In this document: positions 25,000 through 37,287 of the stretch, in pieces
Layout: each line of letters opens with the position of its first letter
Position numbering within the stretch: position 1 is the stretch's first letter
Assembly: GCF_963921235.1 (NCBI RefSeq)
Contig: NC_086097.1
Location: 165,666,001-165,730,000, forward strand
From: Mobula hypostoma
Lineage: Eukaryota
Direction of reading: 5' to 3'
DNA length: 64,000 nt
The notes under the pieces: generated by a model
Database searches by the model: none
The model's input: only the letters and a program-made list of their open reading frames with translations
Told to the model about the DNA's origin: nothing
Program-made: the position numbers and the translations under genes

Positions 25000-27900
25000 T
25001 GTCTACAGTGACTTCTGGTGGTGCCATCAAGCTGACTCTTGCGAGCAGCTCCAATGGAAATCTTGAAGTACTGCTGTTTTAGATTGCAGCAGCTGAAATT
25101 CATAGTTACAGCCGTGGACAATACACTAAGCAACATCATTTTAAGGTGTTCAAAAAAAAAATCTCATTACTCAAAGTCAACAAATCTTGGATAGTGGTCT
25201 CTGGTCAAAAATGCAGTTCCCCTTTCAGACAGCAGAAGAGAGGATTCTGCACCAGATTAAAAGTTTGTTTACAAAGAGGTTTTGAACTTTCACTACTGAC
25301 TATTCTTCAAGCAAACGTACAGTCTCTGGACAATAACCTTAAAGACCTCAGGGCAAATTTGCTCTACCAAAGGGACATCAGGGACTGTTGTGATATTTGT
25401 TTCTTGGAGACTTGGCCATCCCCTGCTATTCCAGATGCAGCAGTACAGCTCGCTGGCTTCACGACTCACCACTAGGAATCAGAATCAGGTTTATTATCAC
25501 CATCATGTGTCGTCAAATTTGTTAACTTCGCAGCAGCAGTTCAATGCAATACATAATATAGAAGAAGAAGAAAATAATAATAAATAAATAAGTAAATCAA
25601 TTATGGTATACGTATATTGAATAAAAAATCATGCAAAAACAGAAATAATATATATTAATAAAGTGAGGTAGTGTCCAATTCCAATTCCAAGTGAGGTAGT
25701 GTCTAATGTCCATTTAGGAATCGGATGGCAAAGGGGAAGAAGCTGTTCCTGAATAACTGAGTGTGTGCCTTCAGGCTTCTGTACCTCCTACCTGATGATA
25801 ACAGTGAGAAAAGGGCATGCCCTGGGTGCTGGAGATTCTTAATAATGGACGCTGCTTTTCTGAGACACTGCTCCTTCAACATGTCCTGGATACTTTGTAG
25901 GCTAGTACCCAAGATGGAGCTGACTAAATTTACAACCCTCTGCAGCTTCTTTTGGTCCTGTGCAGTAGCCACCACCCCCCCCCCCATCCAATACCAGACA
26001 GTGATGCAGCCTGTCAGAATGCTCTCCACTTTACATCTATATCTTGATCGTTTTCACGATCAAGTATCGTCCATTTTATCTGCCATGAGAGTTTTCAGCT
26101 ATTATCTTGGTAGTGGTGTGCATCACATGTGTCAAACAGGCTCTAGACCAGGGGTTCTTAACCTGGGGTCCACAGATAGATTCTAGGACATCCGAGAACC
26201 TGGATGGGAAAAAAATTACATCTTTATTTTCACTAACCTCTTAACGAAATTTATCATTTCTTTCAATGTAGTATTAGCAGTACCTGTGACCTCGTCACCA
26301 ATAGAAATCACAGATATTTTCATATCAAATTGCAATTGTTACAAATATCTCAACATGTTTACAACATGTTCATCACTCCGAAATTAAAATTTAATATCAA
26401 TGTACCTATATTTTAAATGTACAGTCTTATTATTTTCTACATTAATAAAGAAGCACATATATTACTATATCACAGATTTGTTTTTTAAATTATTTTGTTA
26501 ACTGTATTTCAATATAATTGGTTTCTTTTGTAATCATTTGTATTTTATTTTATATATTTAAATACATTATTCTGAGAAGGGACCCATAGGCTTCACCAGA
26601 CTGCCAAAGTGGTCCCTGACATAGAAAAGATGAAGAACCCCTGCTCTAAACGAACTGGGTGATGGAATTACCAGACATGAAACAGTACACCTGATGTCAC
26701 CGCCATGACTTTGGGGGATTTTAACCAAGTCAGCTTGAAGAAGTCTAAATAATTATCACCAACATGTCACTTGTGAAATCAGACGAGTCAACACACTGGG
26801 CCACTGTTACACCACCATCGTGAGCACTTGCCATCCCACACTCACACTTTGGAAAGTCTGATCACCTGGCTGTACTTCTACTCCCTGAGTACAGGCAGAG
26901 ACTGAAGACCACAGCACCCATGGAGAAGACCAAGAAGATATGAACAAGCGAGGCAGAGGAGCGCTTACAGGACTGTTTTGAGTCGGTGGACTGAACTGTA
27001 TTTAAGGATTCATCAAGTCTGAATGAGTACACCACGGTTGTCACTGACTTCATTAAAACCTGTGTGGATGAGTGTGTGCCTATGAGGACATATCGTACAT
27101 ATGTGAATCAAAAGCTGTGGATGAGCCGGGTGATTCATGGTCTTCTGTGGCATTCAAATCTGGTGATCTAGGACGAGGCAAGAAAGCCAGGTACAACTTA
27201 CGGAGGGCTATCTCACAAGCAAAAGAACAATTCCGACTGGGGTTAGAGATGGAATTGGATGCACGTCAACTCTGGCAGGGTTTGCAGGCCATTACTTCCT
27301 ACAAAGCAAAATCTAACTTCATGAATGGCAGTGACGCTTCACCCCCAGATGAGCTCAGTGCCTTTTATGCATGCTTGAAAGGAGGAATAAAACTACTGCT
27401 ATGAGGATCCCTGCAGCATCCAGTGACCCTGTGATCTCCGTCTTGGACACTGATGTCAGAATAATTTTTTAAGAGGGTGAACTCTCGCAAGGCGACAAAC
27501 CCAATGGTGTCCCTAGTAGGACTCTGAAAATTTGTACCTACCAACTAACATGTGTGTTCAAAGAAATTTTTAATCTCTCATTGCTGTAGCTGGGAGTTCC
27601 TGCCTACTTCAAGACAGCAACATTCATAGCAGTACCCAAGAAGAGCAGGGTGAGCTGCATTAATGACTAGCAAGCAGTAGCACTCACATCTATGGTGTAT
27701 GAAGTGCTTTAACAGGTTGTTTATGGCTACAATCAACTCTTGCTGCAATTTGCCTATATGTCCACAGTGAATCTTATCTCAGTAGCTCTTCACCTGGATC
27801 ACCTGAACAATATTAATACTTGAGTCAAGCTGCTGTTTATCGACTACAGCTTGGCATTTGGCACAATCATTCCTGTAGTTCTGATCAAAAAGCTCCAAAA

Positions 27901-28930
27901 CCTTGGCCTTTGTACCTCCCTCTGCAGCTGAATCCTCGGATTCCTCACCAGAAGACCAGTCTGTGTGGATTGGAAATAACATCTCCACCTTGCTGATAAT
28001 CAACACTAGCGCACTTCAAGGATGAATGTTTAGCCCACTGCTCTACTCTCTTTCCACCCATGATTGTGTGGCTAGGCACAGCTCAAATGACATCTATAAG
28101 TTTGCTGAAGGTACAACCATTGTTGGTAGAGTCTCAGATGGTGACGAGTGGGTGTACAGCAGCGAGATATACCAGCTGCTTGAGTGGCGTCATAGCAACA
28201 GCCTTGCACTCAACATCAGTAAGACCAAAGTATTGATTGTGGACTTCAGAAAGGGTAAGGTATGGGAACACACACAAGGGATCAGTAGTGGAAGGAGTGA
28301 ACAGTTTCAAGTTCCTGAGCCCCAACATCTCTAAGGAGCTATCCTGAACCCAACATATTGATGTAGTCACAAAGAAGGCATGACAGCAGCTATATTTCAT
28401 TAGGAGTTTGAAGAGATTTGGTATGTTACCAAAGACAATTTCTACAGATGTACTATTCTAACTCTCTGAATCTGCACTTGGTATTGGGGTGGGTTGGCAC
28501 TGCCTAGGATCAAAATAAGCTGCAGGAAGTTGTAAACTTAGTCAGCTCTATCTTGGGCTCTAGCTTCCTCAACATGCCGGACATCTTCAAGGAGCGATGC
28601 CTGAAAAAGGTGGCATCCATCATTAAGGACCCCCATCACTCAAGCCATGCCCGCTGCTTATTGCTGCCATCAAGGAGGTGGTACAGGAGCCTGAAGACTT
28701 CCACTCAAAGATTTAGGGATAGCTTCTTCCCCTCTGCCATCAGATTTCTGAATGGACATTGAACACATGAACACTACCTGATTATTTCTTTTTTTTTTGC
28801 ACTATTTGTTTAATTGAAAAATTAATTAATACTTTAATTTAGTTTTTATTATTATGTCTTGCAGTGCACTGTTGCTGCATAACAAGAAACTTCATGGCAT
28901 CTGCCAGTGATGTTAAACCTGATTCTGCTA
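25000..28930 (+). mobile_element. Degenerate near-full-length Rex1/Babar-type LINE with nested insertions
   Basis: ILQANVQSLDN..ICFLETW (endonuclease), GDFNQ, SPLLYSL.THDC..KFAE (RT), 3' tail AAACCTGATTCTG. Interrupted by a minus-strand Rex 3' end (25475-26040) and a hAT element. Confidence 0.75.
26149..26643. mobile_element. hAT (Charlie-type) non-autonomous DNA transposon
   Basis: TIRs CAGGGGTTCTT / AAGAACCCCTG; 8-bp TSD CTCTAGAC (26141-48) / CTCTAAAC (26644-51). Confidence 0.88.
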
Positions 28931-28957
28931 ATGAAACTCTATAGGGATTAGTTTATT

Positions 28958-29135
28958 GGAGAGACAAGAGTCTATACACGCTGGAATCAGAGCAACAGAA
29001 AATACTGAGGAATTCAATGGTCAAGCAGTAGCTGAGCACTACAGATGAAGGTTCTCAACCTGAAAAGATCACTGTCCATTTCCCACCATCGATATTACCT
29101 GACTCCCGAGTTCTTCCAGCATTTTGTGTGTTGCA
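28958..29135. mobile_element. Old palindromic Penelope pLTR insertion
   Basis: Degenerate inverted arms, core remnant CAGATGAAGG..CCTGAAA; 11-bp TSD ATTAGTTTATT at 28947-28957 and 29136-29146. Confidence 0.7.
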
Positions 29136-29224
29136 ATTAGTTTATTTTGAGTATTTGTTGTGAACATACAATATGAACTGTGATACCTCCAATGCTCCTC
29201 ATACAGTATAAGGTATAAAGAGAG

Positions 29225-29795
29225 GTTGATGGCTCTGGGCCTGTATGTGCGAGAGTTTAGAAGAATGAGGCAAACCTACCAAATATTGAATGGCCTAGAT
29301 AGAGTGGATGTGGAGAAGATGTTTCCAATAGTGGGAGAGTCCAGGACCAGAGGGCACAGTCTAGGAATAGAAGAATCTCTCTTTAGAACAGAGATGAGGA
29401 ATTTCTTTAGCCAGAGGGTTGTGAACCTGTGGAATTCATTGCCACAGATGGCTGTGGTGGTGTGTCATTCAGTATGTTTACAATAGATAAGTCTATCAAG
29501 GTTGGATAGATTTTTGCATTGGGAAATTAAGGGTTATGGGGAAAAGGCAGGTAGGTGGAGATGAGTCCATGGTCAGATCAACCATGGTGTTATTGAATGG
29601 CGGAACAGGCTCGACGGGCTAGGTGGCCTACTCCTGCTCGTAGTTCTTATGTTCGTATGGAAGTTGATAAATTCTTGATTAGTAAGGGCATCAAAGATTA
29701 TGTGGAGAAGGCAGGATAATGGCATTGAGAGGGAAAAATATTAGCCATGGTGGAGCTGAATGGCTCAATTATGTTCCTAAGTCTTATGGTCTTTA
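29225..29795 (+). mobile_element. CR1 LINE 3' ends (nested)
   Basis: GESRTRGHSL..FFSQRVVNLWNSLP; tails TCTTATGTTC and TCTTATGGTC. Confidence 0.75.
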
Positions 29796-30051
29796 ATGAC
29801 AGGTGAAATGCAAAACTAATATTGAATGGTAGAAGACTAATTTGACTCTTAAGAAGTTAATTTATTTCAGCTAGGTCAAAAGCAGATTCAGTGGGAGAAA
29901 GGAAGAGCAACAAAGAGAATGGAGCCCGACTAACAAAAAAAAACCCTTGAATTATCTAGCAGCACTCAGCCACCCTTATCTGACTGTGACCCCTCACTGG
30001 ACTGGAACGCTGGTTGTCTGGCTTGTACTTTTCTCATTTATGCATATACAT

Positions 30052-30432
30052 CTTCTTCATCTGCCTTGCATGTTACACGCTTGGACGATCATGGTTCTCC
30101 ACATCGAACGATTCCTCGCAGCGTCAATGATATCTCGCACACTTAGATCTGCTAGTTCTTTCACAGTGTCCATATATTTTCTTCTTTGTCTTCCTCTTCC
30201 ACGTTTCCCAGGCATATGGCCTTGTAATGTAAGGCATTCTATTTCTCCCTTTCTGATGACATGGCCCAGGAATTTAAGTTTCCCCTCATTTAATGTTCTC
30301 ATTAAAGGTCTTTTTGTATGGGCACGTTGGAGTACTGTCTCATTAGTTACCCTATCTCTATATGATATTTTCAGCATTCTTCTAAGAAACCACATTTCTG
30401 TTGCTTCTAAGTTTCTTTGGAGTTCTGGTGTT
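30052..30432 (-). mobile_element. RTE-clade LINE, 3' part (split by the L1)
   Basis: TPELQRNLEATEMWFLRRMLKISYRDRVTNETVL..LKFLGHVIR..GKRGRGRQ; short (GAA)n tail. Confidence 0.9.
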
Positions 30433-30839
30433 GAAAACTCGTTCAAATTCGGAAACTGATCAAACAATGATTTATAAAATTCCGGACAATCCATATTAGG
30501 AGCATAAACATTAACCAAAACTACTTTTTTATTAAATAGTAAACCACTAACCAATAAAAATCTACCATTCGGATCAGAGATAATATCCTGTTGTATAAAA
30601 GTAACTGAGGAGTCTATAAAAATAGAGACGCCTCGAATCTTAGCATTGGAGTTCGAATGAAATTGTTGTCCCTTCCAGAATTTGAAAAAACGTAGTCTGT
30701 CCCCCCTCCGTACATGGGTCTCTTGTAAAAATAAAATTTGTGCTTTAAGTCTCCGGAACACTTTAAAAACTTTTTTCCTTTTAATAGGATGATTAAGACC
30801 ATTAGTATTCCAGGAGACAAAATTAATAATAGACTCCAT
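30432..30839 (-). pseudogene. L1 ORF2 N-terminal endonuclease, first 136 codons (inverted segment)
   Basis: MESIINFVSWNTNGLN..FLQETH..RGVSIFI..DPNGRF..NVYAPN: APE-type endonuclease motifs. Confidence 0.9.
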
Positions 30840-33800
30840 AAATCCTAAAGTCAACCCATAACAAGGAGGATTGACAATAGGCGCGACCCACAAACCCGGA
30901 GAGGAAACAGAACATACAAAAGATACCGGGGAAAAGGACGCAACCAATACTTCAATAATGTATATAGCCCAAAGAGAAACAAACTAAAACGTGAAGCCCC
31001 GCCCACCCCCCCCCCCCCCAAGACCCCAAGGCGAAATCTAAAGCAGACCCGCCAGAAAGAAGCAAGCGCTAAAACTACCCCCATGACTTCCGGTATACGC
31101 TCCCTAAAAAAAAGGTATAAATATGAAAAGGATCAGCTAATTGTAAAACAGTAAAAAAATAAGTAAAAAAAAGTTAGCTCAATTAAAATACACACAGAAC
31201 AGAACAAAAGCCGGAAAGTATATATTAAAAAAAAACCACAATAAACCTCAAACTCATGAATAGACACAGCAACAAAAAAAATAGGATTATTAGTGGTTTA
31301 TTATTTAATAAAAAAGTAGTTTTGGTTAATGTTTATGCTCCTAATATGGATTGTCCGGAATTTTATAAATCATTGTTTGATCAGTTTCCGAATTTGAACG
31401 AGTTTTCATTGATTTGGGGCGGAGATCTTAATACCTGTTTATCTCCAGCTTTGGACCGTTCGGCTCCTTTACGGACTTTACCTAATAAATCTGCAAATTT
31501 GATTAATTTTTTCCTTTCTGATTCTGGGTCGACGGACATTTGGCGTTTTCTGCATCCTCAGGAAAAAGATTTTTCCTTTTTTTCACATGTTCATCATTCC
31601 TATTCAAGAATTGATTATTTTTTCATTGATTCTCGTCTCATTCCTTCAGTGATTAAATGTGATTATGATTCTATAACCATTTCGGATCATGCTCCACTTA
31701 AGCTTTCTATTAAAATTATGGCCAATATACCAAACAATAGACAATGGCGTTTTAATTCGCTGTTGCTTCAGGACTCGGACTTTGTTAATTTTATGAATGA
31801 ACAGATTGAGCTTTTTTTTACAATTAACCATACAGAAGATATTTCGGTTAACACTCTTTGGGACACTTTTAAAGCCTATATTCGGGGTCAGATTATTTCG
31901 TATTCCGTTGCTTTGAGGAAGAAACAGAAGCAGGAGGAGATGGCAATTGTGGACAAGATTAAAGAAATTGATAAGAAATATGTTATGGCTCCTTCTGAGG
32001 AGCTATACAAACAAAGAACTGAACTTCAAATGGAACACAGTTTACTACTCTCGTCCTCGATTGTAAACCAATTAAAGAAAACAAGAAGTGATTTTTATGT
32101 TCACAGTGATAAAATTGGCAAGCTGCTGGCTAATCAATTGAAATCTAATTATGTTAAATCTCAAATCAATCAGATTTATAACCAAAATGATCGATTGATA
32201 TTGGATCATGTGGGGATTAATCAAACCTTTTGTGATTTTTATTCTTCTTTATATCAATCAGAGTCTCCTCGAGATTCTAAATATATGAATGATTTTTTAG
32301 ATATAGTTAGACTTCCCTCAGATTTCACAGGATATGTCTTCTTTATTAGATACTTCCATTACAATGGATGAGATTAAGAATGTTATTTTTTCTATGAATC
32401 TGGGGAAAGCTCCTGGCCCTGATGGGTTTACCGTTGAATTTTATAAATGTTTTGCTTCTTTATTGATTCCTTGGCTCTATAAGGTTTTTGAGGCTTCTTT
32501 GAAACTTGGTAAACTTCCGGAATCTTTTAATAGAGCATCAATTTCTTTAATACTAAAGAAGGATAAAGACCCTGCTCAATGTGCATCTTATAGACCAATA
32601 TCTTTATTAAATGTTGATTCTAAAGTTTTTTCTAAGTTATTAGCAAATAGACTAGAAAAAGTACTTCCTTCTATTATTTCGGAAGACCAAACGGGTTTTA
32701 TTAAAGGTCGTTACTCTTTTTATAATATTCGTACATTGTTAAATATCGTTTATACTCCCTCACAAAATGTTCCTGAGTGTGTTATTTCTTTAGATGCCGA
32801 GAAAGCTTTTGATAGAGTAGAATGGCCTTATTTATTTAAGGTGCTTGAAATGTTTAATTTTAGCTTGAAATTTATATCCTGGATTAAACTGTTATATCAC
32901 TCCCCTGTAGCCTCGGTTCGTACTAACTCCTTAAACTCACCTTTTTTTCCTCTCTTTCGTGGTACTCGACAAGGCTGTCCTCTTAGTCCCCTATTATTTG
33001 ATATTGCATTAGAACCTCTTGCAATTGCTATTCGAGAATCTTCAAATATTACTGGGATAACTCGGGGATTAAAGTCCCATAAATTATCACTCTATGCTGA
33101 TGATTTACTTTTATATATTTCTAATCCTGAGAGATCCATTCCTGCTGTTTTAGAGTTATTAGCACAATTTGGTCTTTTCTCAGGTTATAAATTAAATCTT
33201 AGTAAGAGTGAACTTTTTCCGATTAATAAACATCTTCCCTTATATTATAAATTTCCATTTAAATTGATTAATAATTACTTTTCATATCTTGGGATTAAAA
33301 TTACTTGTAAACATAAAGATTTATTTAAGACTAACTTTTTACCATTAATAGACCATATTACTCAACTTTCATCTAAATGGTTTCCCTTATATTTAACTTT
33401 GATTGGTCGTATTAATGCAGTTAAGATGTTTTTTTTGCCAAAATTTTTATATGTGTTTCAGGCATTACCAATTTTCGTTCCTAAATCTTTTTTTGATAAA
33501 GTTGACTCTAAAATTTCTTCATTTATTTGGCAGAATAAGAATCCGAGACTGGGTAAAATACATTTACAGAAAGCTAAGAGAGATGGAGGTTTAGCATTAC
33601 CTAACTTTAGATTTTATTATTGGGCTATTAATATTCGACATATGAAATTTTGGTTACTTGACCGGGACATACTATCTATTCCTAAATGGGTAGCATTGGA
33701 ATTACAATCTGTTCAGGGTTATACACTTGGTTCTATTTTAGGTTCCTCTCTTCCTTTTGATTCGAAACGCCTTAAGCAGGTCTCTAACCCGATAGTTAAA

Positions 33801-35128
33801 TATGCTTTGCGCATTTGGTTTCAATTCAGAAAATTTTTTGATCTTAATCAATTCGGGTTAGCGATTCCTATTTTAGGTAACATATTTTTTCCTCCCTCTT
33901 TTACGGATCGCGCTTTTCAAACTTGGAAGACTAAGGGTATTTTACGGTTTTTGGATTTATTTTTAGATGGTTCCCTTATGTCTTTTGAACAATTATCTAA
34001 TAAATATAACTTATCAAGAATACATTTTTTTAGATATTTACAAGTTAGAAATTTCCTAAGTACTATACTTTCTTCCTTTCCAATGCTTCCTCCTATATAT
34101 ATTTTAGATTCGATAATTAACCTTAATCCATGTCAGAAAGGTGCATCGGCTATGATTTATAATATTATTATGAAACTTAGGAAAGCTCCATTTGATAAGA
34201 TTAGGGTAGATTGGGAACAGGAATTGGGGCTTACCATTTCTGTGGATGATTGGGGGCAGATTTTACAATTAGTTAATACTTCCTCTATTTGTGCTAAACA
34301 TTCCCTAATTCAATTTAAAGTGGTTCATAGAGCACATATGTCCAAAGATAAGTTAGCGCGTTTTTACTCGCATATTAATCCTTTCTGTGATAGATGTTCG
34401 GGGCAGATAGCCTCTTTAACTCATATGTTTTGGTCTTGCCCTACTTTGGAAACTTTTTGGAGAGATATTTTCAATATTATTTCTAAGGTATTAAATATAG
34501 ATATCTCTCCTCACCCTATTACTGCTATCTTTGGACTACCTAAAATTTCTAGTAATCTTTCCCCTTCAGCCCGTAGAATGATTGCATTTCTTACTTTAAT
34601 GGCGAAAAGATGTATTTTACAACATTGGAAAGAGCTTAATGCTCCAACTACCTTTTTTTGGTTTTCTCAGACGATTTTATGTTTGAATCTGGAGAAAATT
34701 AGAAGTAATCTTTATGATTCTTCATTTAAATTTGAACAGATTTGGGGACCTTTTATTCGATATTTTCATTTAATGTAATATTTACCCTTCTTGTTTTTTT
34801 TTCACTGTTTTAATGGAGGTCGGGATTGAGGACGTGATTTTAAGTTTAACTCTGTTTGGTTTCAAGTTAGCCCATTGCTTTGCTTTGCTTTTAGTTAGTT
34901 GCACGGTGGGTTTTTTTTTTTTTTCTTTTTTTTTCCATTGATATATATAAAATCTAGTATACTATTATGTTATCTTGCTTTCTTATGCTTAAATTACATT
35001 GTTTGTAGTATTTTCTTTTTGGTATTGTTATCTTTTGGAATTTTATTATACTTTAACATTGTATTAATGTTTATATGGCTTACCTTTTTTGTATACTTAC
35101 TCAATAAAAAGATTTAAAAAGAAAGAAA
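30433..35128 (+). mobile_element. L1-clade LINE, 5'-truncated and 5'-inverted
   Basis: 14-bp TSD GGAGTTCTGGTGTT at 30419-30432 and 35129-35142. Inverted segment 30432-~31289, forward segment 31290-35128. AATAAA at 35103 and an A/GAAA tail. Confidence 0.95.
31290..34778 (+). pseudogene. L1 ORF2 (rest of endonuclease, RT, CCHC) with a single +1 frameshift near 32304
   Basis: GGDLN, YSRIDYF, SDH (endonuclease); KAPGPDGF, YRPISLLN, DAEKAFD, GTRQGCPLSP, YADD (RT); CDRCx8Hx4C. Confidence 0.95.
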
Positions 35129-36240
35129 GGAGTTCTGGTGTTACAGTCCATGTTTCAGAAGCATACAGCAAGATTGACCAGATGTAACATTTCAGTAGCC
35201 TAAGCCTTGTCATAGAAATGTGTCTGTTGGTAAAAATGGGTTTCATTTTTTGGAAGTTGGTTTTGGCAATGACAATTCTTCTTCTTATTTCTACTCTACT
35301 TCTAGCATCTTGTGATATAAAGCTACCAAGGTAATTAAAGCTGCTCTTTTGTTCAATCTCTTGGTTACCGATGTACAATTGGCAGTTGGGAGTATCCTGC
35401 TGTTTTGATATTGCCAGACATTTGGTTTTTTTTTTACAGTTGATGGTTAGACCAAAATCTGCACTTGTTTGTACTACTTTGTCTAGGAGGATTTGTAGGT
35501 CTTCTGCAGCACTTGCTATTAGGGTGGTATCGTCTGCATATCTTATATTGTTGATGTTAACGCTTCCAATTTTTATCCCATCTAGGTCTTCCATTTCTCT
35601 GAGAATCATTTCACTATAGATATTAAATAATTCTGGTGAGGCAACACATCCCTGTCTAACTCCTCTGAATTTTAGTCCAACTGCTTATATTATCATCAAT
35701 TTTTACCGCTGCCGTTTGATTCCAATATCAATTTTGAAGCAGTTGTTGGTCCCTTCAATCAATGTTTAGTTTAGCAAGAATTTGAAATAATTTTTCATGT
35801 TGCACTTTGTCGAATGCTTTAGTGAAATCAATAAAACATAAAAAGACATCATTTTGATATTCAGTTGCCCCTTCTGAAAGCATTCGTAGTTTGAAAATTG
35901 CATTCCTAGGTTCTCTATCCTCAATAAACCCATATTGCAGTTTAGAAGTTTCTGGCCTCAACTTGTTTTTAATTCGACTCAGGACAATTCTCAACAAAAT
36001 CTTTATTATGTGACTCATAAGATTGATTGTTCTATAACTTTCACAGTCAATGGTTGCAGGAATTTTTGGCAGAGTTATAAATACTGATTTCAAGAGATCA
36101 TCAGGCTCATATATGCCATTAAACAGTTAAAAAAGAATATCTATGCCCAGGTCTTCTAGGGCTTCTATCATTTCCACTGAAATTTCATCATCAGGTCCAG
36201 TGCCTTTATCATGTTTTGCTTTTCATTGCTTACATTCATT
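35129..36240 (-). mobile_element. RTE-clade LINE, RT part (degenerate, 5'-truncated)
   Basis: YRTINLMSH, FIDFTKAFDKV, VRQGC, IRYADD, FNYLGS, LYASETWTVTPEL; the frame continues across the L1 at 30432. Confidence 0.9.
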
Positions 36241-36278
36241 CACTATATATACATAGTGAGCTAATTTTTAAAAAATGC

Positions 36279-36965
36279 AAGGTTAAGCACCTCTTATCCA
36301 AAATGCTGGGGGCTGGAAGTGTTTCGGATTTTGGAATATAGAGTATGTTGAGATAACTTGGAATTACCATCATTTCTGACTCTGAATTTATGTGCTATCT
36401 GTAAGCAGTCTTTGTCTTATAGTTGTTCAACACACATATGTACCAAAGCAGCTGTTCAGCCTGTTTGATTTTCATCAGTGACGATCTTGGCGAACTCATC
36501 AATAAATTTCTCTGCTATTTCGTGGTCAGCAGACGCTTTATCACCACAAATCTTCAACAATTTAATGCCATACCTTTTCTTAAACTTCTGCAGACACCCT
36601 GCTGAATATTTACTATTACCTTCAATTTGCAGTTCATTATGATAGATCTTTGGCTGCTTCATGATCAGTACGCCGTTAAGCAGCATGTGTTCACTTTAAC
36701 ACTGACGAATCTACTCTTTCAATACCCAGTTGAGATCTTCACTTTTTGCTTGATGCAGTATTTTTTCATTAACTTCTGCTCATTACAAATGTAAGGTCAC
36801 TTCTCAGAACTCTGTGGTACACAGAGGCTTGCGCATCTCATGGCACCTACTCAGTACCTTGAGGAATTTTCCATTTGTGATGTCATGTTAGTGCTCAAAA
36901 AAAATTTCAGATTTCAGCAGAGGCTATATGGATTTTGGAATTTTGGATAAGGGATATTCAACCCT
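36279..36965 (-). mobile_element. Tigger/pogo-like deleted DNA transposon
   Basis: TIR-like GGTTAAGCACCTCTTATCCAAAAT / ATTTTGGATAAGGGATATTCAACC; CENP-B-type HTH remnant (YSAGCLQKFKKRYGIK..ICGDKASAD). Confidence 0.75.
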
Positions 36966-37037
36966 TATATCTTTATGAATTTTTTGAATATTCCTCTGAT
37001 CTCATCACTGAATTTCTGTCTGTTTACATGATTTTAG

Positions 37038-37117
37038 GATACGGGGGTTGGGAAGTCGAGTATAGTGTGTCGATTCGTCCAAGACACCTTCGATGTTAAT
37101 ACTCTGCCTACAATTGG
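37038..37117 (+). CDS. RAB31: Rab-31 coding exon 2 (DTGVGKSSIVCRFVQDTFDVNTLPTIG)
   Basis: TTTTAG acceptor, 80 nt, completes the P-loop GDTGVGKS. IVCRFVQD is Rab31-like rather than Rab22A IVWRFVED. GTGAGT donor. Confidence 0.95.
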
Positions 37118-37205
37118 GTGAGTATAGATGAATTTATGGAGTTTATCACATTCCTGGACTTGAGATCCTATTTTATTGTTGAACTGACTTGTTTGATCTT
37201 TACAG

Positions 37206-37287
37206 TGCGTCCTTCATGACTAAGACTGTGAGCTGTGGAAATGAGCTCCATAAGTTTTTGATTTGGGATACAGCTGGACAAGAGCGG
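37206..37287 (+). CDS. RAB31: Rab-31 coding exon 3 (ASFMTKTVSCGNELHKFLIWDTAGQER)
   Basis: CTTTACAG acceptor, 82 nt, phase compatible with exon 2, G3 motif WDTAGQE, GTATGT donor. Confidence 0.95.

Noticed and set aside
31256..34778. Two ORFs (371 aa and 814 aa) as L1 ORF1/ORF2 or a programmed frameshift
   Set aside because: Both are parts of ORF2 split by a 1-bp insertion; the ATG at 31256 comes from the inverted segment, and ORF1 is absent.
30044..36254. ATATACAT as the RTE TSD
   Set aside because: It is a low-complexity 8-mer and the RTE 5' boundary is uncertain, so it cannot be supported.
8563..37287. RAB22A assignment
   Set aside because: MAIRELK, IVCRFVQD and CGNELHK fit Rab31 better than Rab22A (MALRELK, IVWRFVED, YQNELHK).
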